Shown piece after piece: positions 25,634 through 39,100 of a stretch of DNA of 64,000 bases (position 1 is the first letter of the stretch; each line of letters starts with the position of its first letter). The stretch lies in NCBI GenBank assembly GCA_951406725.2, contig OX597823.1, positions 16,926,001 to 16,990,000 on the forward strand, given 5' to 3'. The translations under genes were made by a program, and so were the position numbers. The notes beneath the pieces were generated by a model that was given only the letters and a program-made list of their open reading frames with translations, was not told where the DNA came from and made no database searches. This DNA is from Octopus vulgaris. Taxonomy: Eukaryota.

Positions 25634-26848
25634 CTGGAAGAGATTGAAAAAACATTTAAAATAGAAAATTATAGCATTTTGGTTATGGTTCCTAAAAAAA
25701 TTTTTTTTAATATTTACCTCTAACATTACGTTTTCTTAAATCATTTTATAAACTGTGACATACTAAATATGTCTGCAATAAACAAGACACACTATTCTAC
25801 GTAAATACATCAACATATCTAGTATTGTTAAAATTACGAATGTTTAAACCTTTGTTACCAACCCAGCTGAATCTGGCTCTGAGTACAAATGTCTTGTTTT
25901 CATAAGTTTTGAATTAAAATCTTCCACCAAACCTTAGTCACAATTTATGTTCCTAACACTAGCTTATTGATAACCAAGTTATTTTACTAAATTCTTTGTT
26001 ATATTTAAAGTAATTGAAAGAAACACAGAGCATTTCAAAATAAATACAGTAATGAAAGGGTTAAACAAGGCACATTACTCTTTAGAAATACATTGGTATA
26101 TTTAACATTATGTTTTATGAAAACTAAATTATCAGTACTAAAAAATAATGTAAAGAATCAGAAGAAATGTCACTAAACATATTGTATAATGTGCTAATGA
26201 TTATGTATGGGTTAAATTGTTGTAATTATCATGTTTCTTTCCTAGTGTAGGAAATTCTGCCAAGGTTGACTTTAACTTGCATCTTTTTGGGATCGATAAA
26301 GAAAGTACCAGCTAACTATTGAGGTTGATGTAATCGACTTTTCCCTCTCTTCAAAAACTGCTGGGCTTGTGCCAAAACCACCATCTTCATCATCCTCATT
26401 ATTATTATTATTATTATGGCAGAATTGTTAGTACACTGGGAAAAATGCTTAGCAGCATTTTGTCCGTTGCTATATTCTGAGTTCAAATTCCGCCAAGGTC
26501 AACTTTGCCTTTCATCCTTTTTAGGGTCAATAAATTAAGTACTAGTTGAGTGAGTACTTGGGGTCATGTAATCAACTAGTCATCTCAGGCCTTGTGCCTA
26601 TAGTAGAAAGTATTATTATTATTATTATTATTATTATCATCATCATGGCAGAATCATTAGCACATTAGGAAAAATGCTTAGCAGCATTCTGTCTGTGTCT
26701 ATGTTCTGAGTTCAAATTCCACTGAGGTTGACTTTGCCTTTCATACTTTCAGAGTTGATAAATTAAGTATCAGTGAAACACTTAGGTTGATGTAATTGAT
26801 TAACCCCCTCTCCCAAAATGTCAGCACCTTGTGCCTACCGTAGCAAGG

Positions 26849-26887
<39 letters not shown>

Positions 26888-29800
26888 GAGTGAGAGAGCA
26901 GTGCATGCCATCAAAGTGACACTGGGGTAAATTATACGAAGCCCAGTATACCCATCATGACTACCCGTCTTATAAAGGTACACCAGGCACATGCATCACA
27001 ACCATATATGCGCGACATAGTGATCTCATATCAAGATAAACAGCACATGACCTTGCAGGTGGGGCCCAGTTAGAATTTTCTTCTGGTTGAGTAACCCATC
27101 CCGCTCAAAAGGTCCCTGAATAAGGGTTGTTTAAGGATGTTGAACAAAACACCCATGTTTCCAGAGGTGAATTATTCAAACCCCAAAGAATCCTTCTCAG
27201 CACATGGCTATGATGCTCCCCCACTACTTCTGCTCGTGATCAGAGATGCACATATCATCAGCCACTAAGGGACATGCTCAACTGGTTAAGGCCAAACAAC
27301 TGACAAGCAAATCTGTGGTACTGAGCAGAATATTTGCTGTAACCCATCTTTTATACCAAGACAAAACAATATACATAATAACACTTCCAATCAGTTAAGA
27401 TCAAAAGCCATGAGAGCCAATGTCAGGGCATTTATTAGTATTATTATTATTATTATTATTATTATCTTTTATATGATTTGATAAGTTGAAGCAAGACCCA
27501 TGGGAAAGATGATTCTAGTAGAAATACAGATTGGAACCTTTTCTACTCTAGGTACAAGGCCTGAAATTTTTGGGGAGAGGGCCAGTTAATTAGAGTGACC
27601 CCAATATGCAACTGGTACTTAGTTTATTGACCCCAAAAGGATGAAATACAAAGTTGACCTCAGCGGAATGATACAGATTAGAACATTAGATCAATGGTTC
27701 AAGATCCCCAAAACTTAACTAGTTGGTCACAACACCTGTCATTAAGATTACAGAAGTTAAATATAGCCTTACCTGATTTTCAATAAGTGCTGTTTGAGCT
27801 ACGAACACAACAATAAGATTTCCTACTGCGACTGTCAACAACCAGGCTGCTTGAACAACTGATTTCATTGACACAGGAGCCTGTGGAACAAACAAAGACA
27901 TTCATAAACTAATTGAAAAGCAAGAGAAGTCTAACAGACTGTAATAACCTGTTACTGAGGGCCCACACACCTATATGCTAAAACCATTTCTTTAGGGTAC
28001 AAATAAGCTTCAGTTGCAAAACAGTTGCTCACCTATTACAAGTTTCAAACATGTTTTTTTTTTTTTTTATTTTATTTTATTTTATCTAGTTTCAGCTCAC
28101 GAGCTGTGGCCATGCTGGGACACCACCATTTGGTGTTGCTACATGATTTTACTTCACGAATGCTTTTTAGCAATTGCCATTTGGTGCTTGAGAGAGTTCG
28201 ATGCAGCTGCCCTCATCTGCACCTACTGCCGTGAAGTTGGTTCATCTGGGACACCTGACAGGAAGAGATCCAGTTTTATTTTAAAGACATCTGCATCCAC
28301 CCCATGCAGGTCTCTCAGGTCCTTCAGGAGGATATTGAAGAGCTGTGGGCCTCTGAAGCCCAGGCTATCACAGTATCTTGTCCTACATCTTGATGGTAAA
28401 TTTGGAGTCCTTGGCACTATGCAGTGGCGCCCAGTTCTAGCATTTGTGTAACTCTATGCAAAGATTATGGCTCACATATTCAGATAGTACACCCACCACA
28501 AAAACAGACACATTCCACATGGTAGTCAAGGAAAAACTCATTCTGATAACAGAAATTAATTTATTTGAAGAATAAGGCATTCTACTGATGCATCAATCAA
28601 CTCTGCTTGAGTAGACCTATGACATGATCAATCCATATTCCTTACAATGTGGATAGGAAACATATTGTATACAATGCTCAGATGCACTACAAATCATTGG
28701 ATAGGTCCTACTTTCTTCTGCTCCAAGACTAAGTTGCTTTCTTTTTTTTTGCAATGACTGGATATGTCAAGATTGTGGCAGTGAAGAATGTTGCATCTAT
28801 TCTGCAATCATCTTGTTCATACACAATAAACACTGTTACAAGTTGCAGCAGAGTTTGGAATCATACTTGGTTGGTGTATGATGATAATGATCATCATCAT
28901 CATTTAACGTCTGTTTTCCATGCTGGCATGGGAATATATGATAGATTAATAGGTAATATAAACAACAGGCATAGGAGTGGCTGTGTGGTAAGTAGCTTGC
29001 TTACGAACCACATGGTTCCAGGTTCAGTCCCACTGTGTGGCACCTTGGGCAAGTGTCTTCTACTATAGCCTTGGGCCGACCAAAGCCTTGTGAGTGGATT
29101 TGGTAGACGGAAACTGAAAGAAACCCGTTTATATATGTGTGTATATATATATATATGTATGAGTGTGTGTCTGTGTCTGTCCCCCCCAACATCGCTTGAC
29201 AACCGATGCTGGTGTGTTTATGTCCCTGTAACTTAGCGGTTCGGTAAAAGGGGCCGATAGAATAAGTACTAGGCTTACAAAGAATAAGTCCTGGGATCGA
29301 TTTGCTCGACTAAAAGTGGTGCTCCAGCATGGCCACAGTCAAATGACTGAAACAAGTAAAAGAGTATGGGTTGGATGGCTTGACAGGAGCTGGTAAGGCC
29401 AGGGACCACACCACATTCTTTAGTCTATTTTGGCTTGGTTTCTACAGCTGGATACTCTTCTTAATGCCAGCCACTATACAGAGTGTAATGGGCGATTTTT
29501 ATGTGGCACCCTCACCAGTGCTTGAATATTTAGTATTTACAAGAGACAGGGTGGTACACCAAGAACAGAGTTAAAACAATAAGATATTAGAATATGCAGT
29601 AAAATTGGAAAAAAAATGTGTGTGTGCAGAATATAAATCAAAATACATTTACAGATAGCATGTTTAAAACATCTCCAAGTCTTCCAAAATAGAAAAAAAG
29701 GAAAGTTATTTTATAGAGCATTTTAGCTCCATTTGTTAAAATGTGCATGGGTGGGATCGATTTTATGGAGTAATTTTATTACAAGAGTTAGATACCCTTC

Positions 29801-32800
29801 TTACTGCAAAGCGCTCAGCTTATGAAACTGTGATCACAACATTGTATCAGTCACTCAGATATAAAAGAAGCAAGCAGAGTTATGTACCTTACTTGCAGAA
29901 TTAAAAAACAAAAAAAGTTTGTTGAGTTTTTACTAAGATCACAACTGGGGGAGAGTAATTAACCTCATGGTCATCATCATTTAACGTTCGCTTTCCATGC
30001 TGGCATGAGTTGGACGGTTTCACAGGCGCTGGCTAGGTAGAAGACTGCATGCGCTAGGTTTCAGTGTCTGTTTTGGCAGGGGTTTTTTTCATGGATGGAT
30101 GCCCTTTCTAACTCCAACCACCCTGCAGAGTAGACTGAGTGCTTTTTACACGGCACCAGCACAAGCAAAGTTTTTACAGTTGGATGCCCTTCCAAACTTC
30201 AACCACTTTACAGTGTGGACTGAATGCCTTATATGTTTCTACTGTGCCGGTGGCACGTAAAAAGCACCATCCAAAACGTGACCGATGCCAGCGCCGCCTT
30301 GACTGGCATCCATGTCGCTGACACGTAAAGAGCACCAACCAATCGTGGATGTTGCCAGCCACCTCTGGCCCCTGTGCAGGTGGCACGTAAAAAGTATCCA
30401 CTACACTCACGGAGTGGTTGGCATTATGAAGGGCATCCAGCTGTAGAAACACTGCTAGATCAGACTGGAGCCTGGTGCAGCCTCCTGGCTTCCCAGACCC
30501 CGGTTGAACCGTCCAACCAATGCTACCATGGAAAATGGACGTTAAACGATGATGATGACGATGATGATGAAAATTTTGTTTACAATATTTACATGAAAAC
30601 TACAATTTGATCAACAGTCTTGTGAACAAGAACAATGTTAATTTAGAAATAAATGCCCATAGCTTGAAGTGAGTTTAGATGATGTACATATCAAAGAATA
30701 AGACACCTGATGACAATCAGACACCAAACTGATCAAAACAATCATCATCATCATCGTTTAATGTCCGTTTTCCATGCTAGCATGGGTTGGACTGTTCAAC
30801 TGGGGTCTGGTTAGACAGAAGGCTGCGCCAGGCCCAGTCTGATCTGGCAGTGTTTCTACAGCTGGATGCCCTTCCTAACGCCAACCACTCCGAGGGTGTA
30901 GTGGGTGCTTTTTATGTGCCACCTGCACAGGTGCCAGACAAGGCTGGCAACGGCCACAATCGGATGGTGCTTTTTACATGCCACCGGCACGGAGGCCAGT
31001 CAGGGCGGTGCTGGCAATGGCCACGTTCAGATGGTTCTCTTACATGCCACCAGCACTGGTATCTCAGCTACAATTTCCATTGATGTTGAAAGATTTCGAT
31101 TTCGATTTTCACTTGCCTCAACAGGTCTTCACAAGTAGGGTTTGTGTCACAAGAAGGAAAGGTATGCATAAGTGGGCTGGTTACGTCCCAGGTAGAGGCC
31201 ACGGGTTATGGTCTCACTTATCCTGCCGGGTCTTCCCACGCACAGCATACTTCCAAAGGTCTCGGTCTCTGGTCATTTCCTCGGTGAGACCTAAAGTTCG
31301 AAGGTCGTTCTTCACCACCTTGTCCCAGGTTTTCAATGTAAATGTAAATAACATTTTTTAAAAATTCATCTCTAAAGATGATGATAACGGTCTGAAAGAA
31401 TATGACCTTACAATGATTGTAGTAGCAAGTTGGAACTAATAACCACAAAGTGAGTAGTTGAACATATTAATCTTACAAGCATTGGGTCTACATTGTTGTT
31501 TATTAGTAAATATTAAAAGGTGACTAAGAAACAAATATTTGTATAAGAATAAAATTTTTAAAAAAACACTTACTTCAGAATAAGCAAATGTAAGGCCAGT
31601 CACTGAGAACATAACCTCACCAATAGTAATTAGAAGATACTGTGGTATTTGGAGTAACATTGATACAGTGTGTTCTATTAATCCATGAAATATCTTTATA
31701 TCAAACTGCAATAAAGGAAAGTGGAAACATGCATATGAAAAAATGTTAGAATATGAAACTATTTTATCATTTCATTCGCAAAAGTTAAACTTGTTCTGTA
31801 TTATTAAATACACATTAAGGCCAGGATTTACGAGATTAAACATGCTAAAGAGTCTAACACTTTGTATCACAATATTGCTTTTACTAATAATAATAATAAT
31901 AAGAGTTTCTTATTGACTGACAAGGTTAGCCATTTTGAAGTGTTAAGTTAGTCGGATCTTTACCTTTTGACCTACAGATTTAGAAAATAATTTTTTGTAA
32001 CTAAACGCTTTCAAACTTCGTATACTGGTAGAATGTGTCATATAAAACACCTTTTACTCTTAGCGTTTTTGAGAAAAGTTTATGTTTACAAAGTTATTTT
32101 GTGTTGAAGTTCTTGTATTTCAGTAATTTCAACCAATCAATGACGTGTATTCAGCTGAATAAAATTACTGCCGTTGTTTGTCAACAACAACTATCGGCGG
32201 TGTATTTTTTGTTTGTCACTGGTACTGGTTTTAACTTTAAGGTTTTAGGGTTAGGGGGTTAGGGTTAAGGTTAAGGTTTTACGGTTAGGGTTAGGGTCTT
32301 AGAGTTAGGGCTGTAATAAAAACAGTGACAAATGAAATATACACCACCAGAAGTTCTTGTTGACAAACAACAGCAGTAATTTTATTCAGTTGAATACACG
32401 TCATTGATTGGTTGAAATTACCGAAATACAAGAACTTCAACACAAAATAACTTTGTAAACATAAACTTTGCTCAAAAACGCTAAGAGTAAAAGGTGTTTT
32501 ATATGACACATTCTACCATTATACGAAATTTGAAAGTGGAATTTATTTATCAGTTCCAGTGTATTATACCATCATCATTTAATGACTGTCTTCCATTGTT
32601 GGCATTATTTGATCTATCTCTAAGAAGGCAAGCTGGCAGAATCATTAACATGTTAAACAAAATACTTAATGACATTTTGTCTGCATTTAAGTTGGGAGTT
32701 CAAATTCTGCCAGGGTTGACTCTGCCTTTCATCCTTTCAGGGTTGGTAAAATAAGAACTGGGATCAATATAATTGATTTACCCCCTCCCCACCTCCAAAT

Positions 32801-33127
32801 TACTGGCCTTGTGCTGAAATCTGAAACCACTAGTTTATCTACCTCTGAAGGAAGGAAAGGCAAAATTACTTCTAGCAGGATATATTAACAAAATGTATAC
32901 TCTGTCTCTCTTACTCTTTTACTTGTTTCAGTCATTTGACTGTGGCCATGCTGGAGCACCGCCTTTAGTTGAGCAAATCGACCCCAGGACTTATTCTTTG
33001 TAAGCCTAGAACTTATTCTATTGGTCTCTTTTACCGAACCGCTAAGTTATGGGGATGTAAACACGCCAGCATCGTTTGTCAAGCAATGTTGGGGGACAAA
33101 CACAGACACACAAATGTATACACACAT

Positions 33128-33178
<51 letters not shown>

Positions 33179-36100
33179 TATACGACGGGCTTCTTTCAAT
33201 TTCCGTCTACCAAATCCACTCACAAGGCTTTGGTCGGCCCGAGGCTATAGTAGAAGACATTTGCCCAAGGTGCCACGCAGTGGGACTGAACCCGGAAGAG
33301 AGACTAAAGTAAATAGTGCGAGGCTTTTAATTAAAACAGAATTCTATTTCTGCCATTCTACTGCCCGTTATAACAACAGCAAAGTGAAGCAAATGAGGGA
33401 ACTGCCATGTGCCACATGATTTTCTAGAAAAAGCAGCCAAAAATCCCTCAAATCACAATAACATCTTAAAGGCAGATTGCATAATGTAGTCCTGGATACA
33501 CCAATTAAAAGATGGGGAGGTCACAGTTGGGAACAAGTCTGTTGAATGGGGGTCAAATGACAACAACTAAGTTAATACTTTACCTTATGTTTACGTCCAT
33601 GGGGTACAATGACAACTGTGTATGTAGCACCTGTTAATATTTTTAATATGTGTTGTGTTTTTACCCACTCACTTTTGTTTTTACCTTGGTTATATACTGT
33701 ATACCTGAAAGAGAAATGGTAACATTAGATATGCAGCCACTAGTTACACCAATAACATTTCTCACATTAATAAACAGTTAAGTAGCAAGTGGTTAAGGTG
33801 ATAGACTGACAACCATAAAGACATAGGTTCACATCTAGGACTAGACAGCATGCTGTGATATGCAATGCACTTTGTTTTATGTTGCTCCAGTTTACTCTCC
33901 TGAAAATGAAGACCAGCCTAAAGCTCTTTTACCTTCCAGCTGACATTTCCTTGATGTTCTACTGGGGCAAGGAGTAGGAGAGCAGAAAGAGATTTTATGC
34001 TTGCTCCCAACTATATTGCTAGAAATATTAACAAATTATTCCTCAAATCCCACACTATAGTATTAAAAAAAAAAAAAAGAAGCACTCCATCGGTTACGAC
34101 GACGAGGGTTCCGGTTGATCCGAATCAACGGAACAGCCTGCTCATGAAATTAACGTGTAAGTGGCTGAGCACTCCACAGACACATGTACCCTTAACATAG
34201 TTCTCGGGGATATTCAGCGTGACACAGAGAGTGACAAGGCCGGCCCTTTGAAATACAGGTACAACAGAAACAGGAAGTAAGAGTGAGAGAAAGTTGTGGT
34301 GAAAGAGTACAGCAGGGATCACCACCATCCCCTGCCGGAGCCTCGTGGAGCTTTAGGTGTTTTTGCTCAATAAACACTCACAACGCCCGGTCTGGGAATC
34401 AAGACCATGATCCTATGACCGCAAGTCCGCTCCCCTAACCACTGGGCTATTGCGCCTCCCCTAGATATACTATATCTGAGTAAAAGAAATGATTGTCATG
34501 GCTAGAATATGTGTTCGCAGGTCTGCTTCGTCAATTTTGACCTAGGAAACAGCAGCAGCAGCAATCGCGGTTTCAATTCCCAGACCGGGCATTGTGTGTT
34601 TTTATTGAGCAAAAACACCTAAAGCTCCACGAGGCTCCGGCAGGGGTGGTGGCAACCCCTGTTGTACTCTTTCGCTCCAACTTTCTCTCACTCTTTCTTC
34701 CTGTTTCTTGTCCCCGACTTCCTACGCAACCGCTGAGCCTGGATGAGCATTCATCCAACCGTCGATGCTTTTGGTGTCGGGGGTTGACCTGCTTTCTCTT
34801 CTGCGGGTTTGACGAATAGCAAAGGACCATGTTTCGGACTTCTCCTGAGGCGCGATCTTGCGAGCTCTGAGATGAAGACCACTATGCTCAACAGCTGCAG
34901 CAGCAACACCAACCACATGTCATTAACCCTTTAGCGTTTAAACTGGCCATATCAGGCCAAAATTGTCTACCTGTTTTATTCTCAAACCAGCTAGCTCTGA
35001 CTTCTCACACCTACCCTACAAAGTAATTCTAAAAATAAACAGGGACATCATCAATATCCCAGAGTTACAATTAATTTAAAACAATGTGATTAAACAGGCT
35101 TTACATTTGACAGAGTAATCTGAATGCTAAAGGGTTAAACAGAAAGGCAACATAAATCACAGCAAATAGACCGTCTTCACCATTACACATATACAATAGT
35201 TCAGTTAGTATTTATATAATCAATTACTTTCAACATTAAAAAGCTAATTAAAAATGAATATGTAATGAGGAACTAACAACTAAGAAAAAAATCAATATTA
35301 TTTATATTTTTCCAGAAAGTACAAAAAAAATGCACATTCACACATCTATAAAAATACACATGCATACACATTCACACATCAATGCTTTCTTAATTTACCA
35401 CTAAAGGTTCACAAAAAATACTGGAGATGGTTCAGGACAATACATTGTGGGATTACATAAATAGTAAAGACGATAATATAAATTCTAACAACAAAAAATT
35501 CCCCAAACGAAAGAGACTTCTCTAGAGTGCTCATGGAAACACCACAAAACCACAGTTGCCCTGACCACTAGGACAAGTGCCCTCTCCATATTGTCTTTCT
35601 TCAATCTACAGGCACGTGCACAAAATAGTTCCATTCACTTGGACCATTCTTGCCACATTCTCTCACCTTTGATAAAATTGCTAAGAGGCAGGACTTCCTT
35701 CTCTGCCCTCACCTTCATTTTCAAGTGAAACTTGAAAAAGTTGATAAGGGTTTAGCCAAAGAGGAAAGTGTCTGTCTTCAGCCCTTTCAATCTGGTCCAT
35801 TACAACCTCTTTAGCTAAGGCAACCAGACAAATAAACACTGCCTGACCTTCCCCACAGGACAACCTTCACAGTGAACTCAGCCAATAGCTGGATCTGTCT
35901 TACACATGGCAGTAAGTGTTTGACATAAACCCACAAGTCAGCAATGCAGGGCACAGGATGAGAGTGTACAGAACAGTTTTGTTACTCTGCATACATCTTG
36001 AGCAAGCCCAGTTGATGGCACTTCCAATGCCTGTAGAGTTTATCCTGAACTGGCAACGCTTCCTGGTAGCATTGCCAAGCGAAGGATTATTCTCCATGGG

Positions 36101-39100
36101 CCCTGGCCCAAAAGTCCTCCAAAACAAACCAGCCAGTTGATTCTCATTGATGCCCAGAGTCTCACTGAGAATGTTATCACACTTACTTGCCGCTAATCCT
36201 CAAGAGAATGTGAAAGTGGAACCTCTGCCAACTGCATTGCCCAACTGACAGAGGACTGCAAGTGACTGATGACACTTTAGGTGTCAGGCACTTGCCTTGG
36301 TCTACACTTGATCTAGGATTGTAGCTTAGTCAAAGAGATGAGCCATGGAAGAGTCTGACAAGTAGTGACCACACTAGTTCACCATCAAGGAAACACTGGA
36401 GATGTAGCCTCAGTCCAAGTCTGCACATCAGCAGCCACAGCATGCCAAGCTCTCCATTCGGTGGGAGTTGGCAACAAATGGAAATATATATTACACATTC
36501 ACACATCAACAAAATATATATGCATACACATTCACACATCTACAGAGAAAGAGACTCACTCATGTGTTTACACATCCATGAAATCATAAACAAAAACATA
36601 TACACATTCACATGTAGCTGTGCGATTTAGAAGCTCACTTTTTCAGCTATGCAGTTCTGAGTTCAAACTCACAGAGAGGCACTTTGGGCAAAAGTGTCTT
36701 CTTCTAGAGCTTTGGAGTGACAAAGCCTTGTGGGTGGAATTTTGGATGGTAACTATTTGAAGCCTGTTGTGTCTGAAGCTATCATGTGAGTGTGTGTAGT
36801 GAGTGCATCTTATATAAAGGACCATCCATTTGTGGCCGTTACCAGCTTCGCCTGGCCCCCGTGCCGGTGGCACATAAAAAGCACCATCCAATCGTGGCCG
36901 GTTGCCAGACTCGTCTGGCACCTGTGCCGGTGGCACGTAAAAAGCACCCACTACACTCATGGAGTGGTTGGCGTTAGGAAGGGCATCCAGCCGTAGAAAC
37001 ATTGCCAGATCAAACTGGGCCTGGTGCAGCCTTCTGGCTTCCCAGATCCCAGTTGAACCGTCCAACCCATGCTAGCATGGAAAGCGGATGCTAAATGATG
37101 ATGATGATGATGACTGTACTAGGCATATAAAATACAACCAATACAATCTATAAAGGGGTTGGTGATAGGAAGTGCATCCAGCTACAGACCCGAAACCAAA
37201 ATTAAAATGAAAAAGTGAGATATGGTCTTCTGACCCATTTTGAAGGGCAGTAACTCTGAATAAGATCTGACCTGAGCTGTGATGACTTGTCCAACCCATG
37301 CTAGCATGGAAATCAAATAAAGTCAAGAGGGAGGATATTGTTGTTGTTGTTGATGATGATGATGATGATTGTGTGTGTGCGGGGGGTGTATGTGTATATA
37401 CATACACTTTCACATACATAAACACATCATATACATACAAACCTCACTAGGAAAATGCACACATATACACAGCACAAATTTTCAACTCAACAATACTTTA
37501 CATGCCTCTGTTTCTTTTCTAGATAGTTAAAAATATTATTTTTTTTTTTTACAAAATTTCAATATAAAATAATCTTTCTCTTTTGTTGATTCACTTACTC
37601 TCCTGGATCAATATTCATAAAAGGAGTCACAAACATTTGCGTATTGTTTAAAATGAATTCAGAATCCTCAGACTTCAATTTGATGCGAGAGCTGTAGGAA
37701 TTTGGAAGCATACTGAAGAAGCTGCAATGGAAAGTTGAAAATGATATAATGAAAAATTTAACAAAAATAAGGAAGTCGAAATTTATAAAAAGAGATATGA
37801 AATAGAGAAAAAAAAAATATACCCCAAAATTATACAAAACAAAAATATAGCAAATCTCAGAACTCAATTTTTAGTAAAAATTTTTGACCATTACTGATGT
37901 TGCTCTAGAAATGGTAAATTTTGGCTCCAGCTGCTTTGTAGCTACTCCTGTGGGATGACGTCAGCAGCCGGACGTCAGCCAGCGGGGTGCGTTGACCGGA
38001 AGCTGGGGCAAGCGGAAGGGGTCAGCCGTCAAGCGCGCGCAGGGGGTGGAAGTTGACCTTTCCAACGTGGGTCGTGCTGGCGACAAGACGTGCAACGAAG
38101 TCGCTAAAGGGTTTGGGGCTAGCAGCTGCTATTGTTAGTGTTCGGGTAGGGCTGTGAGGAAGGACCAGCCATCTCTGGAGGATCTCCGTCACCACGAAGA
38201 GAAGGTAGGTGCCTCTATATTCAAATCACACACACTCACTACAACTCCTACATCTGTCTGTTTTCCAGCTGTCCCATACCGCATTACAGGTAGAAACTAG
38301 CCGTTTCAACCTAGCATCGCCACAGTCATAGATTTTGTTTCTTTTTACTCTCAACAGGATACAGCTCAGGAATAGCCCCATGGTATCAATGCGAGGAGTA
38401 TCACTAGAACTTGTATGCCTGTACAGATCTCTGATGATCACATAAGCTTTAGCTAGTTCAGTACATACTAGCTTCTCAATATTTTGTCACAACATTTATA
38501 ATGACCTGAAGGTTAATGTCACTGGCAATGTGACCCTTGTATTCCCTTGGACTTGAAGATGAGACATGCACACACCTATGTGTCCTTCCATGGCTGAAAT
38601 CTCAAAGTTTTTTTGTTTTTTGTTTTTGTTACTATTCCTGTCTGGAAGCACTCCGTCGGTTACGACGACGAGGGTTCTGGTTGATCCGAATCAACGGAAC
38701 AGCCTGCTCATGAAATTAACGTGTAAGTGGTTGAGCACTCCACAGACACGTGTACCCTTAATGTAGTTCTCGGGGATATTCAGCGTGACACAGAGAGTGA
38801 CAAGGCCGGCCCTTTGAAATACAGGTATAACAGAAACAGGAAGTAAGAGTGAGAGAAAGTTGTGGTGAAAGAGTACAGCAGGGATCACCACCATCCCCTG
38901 TCGGAGCCTCGTGGAGCTTTAGGTGTTTTCGCTCAATAAACACTCACAACGCCCGGTCTGGGAATCGAAACCACGATCCTATGACCGCGAGTCCGCTGCC
39001 CTAACCACTGGGCCATTGTGCCTTCACTCATATTCCTGTCTACCAATATACCCACTCTACTATTTCCTGTCAAAATCAATGGTTTTGTGCCAATGATACA

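Noticed and set aside
32035-32509. Two near-identical ORFs on opposite strands (MSYKTPF...)
   Set aside because: Artefact of the inverted repeat.
34815-34850. Minus-strand GTCC-GAAAC-ATG-GTC hammerhead 3' half
   Set aside because: No CUGAnGA core or compatible stems I and II.
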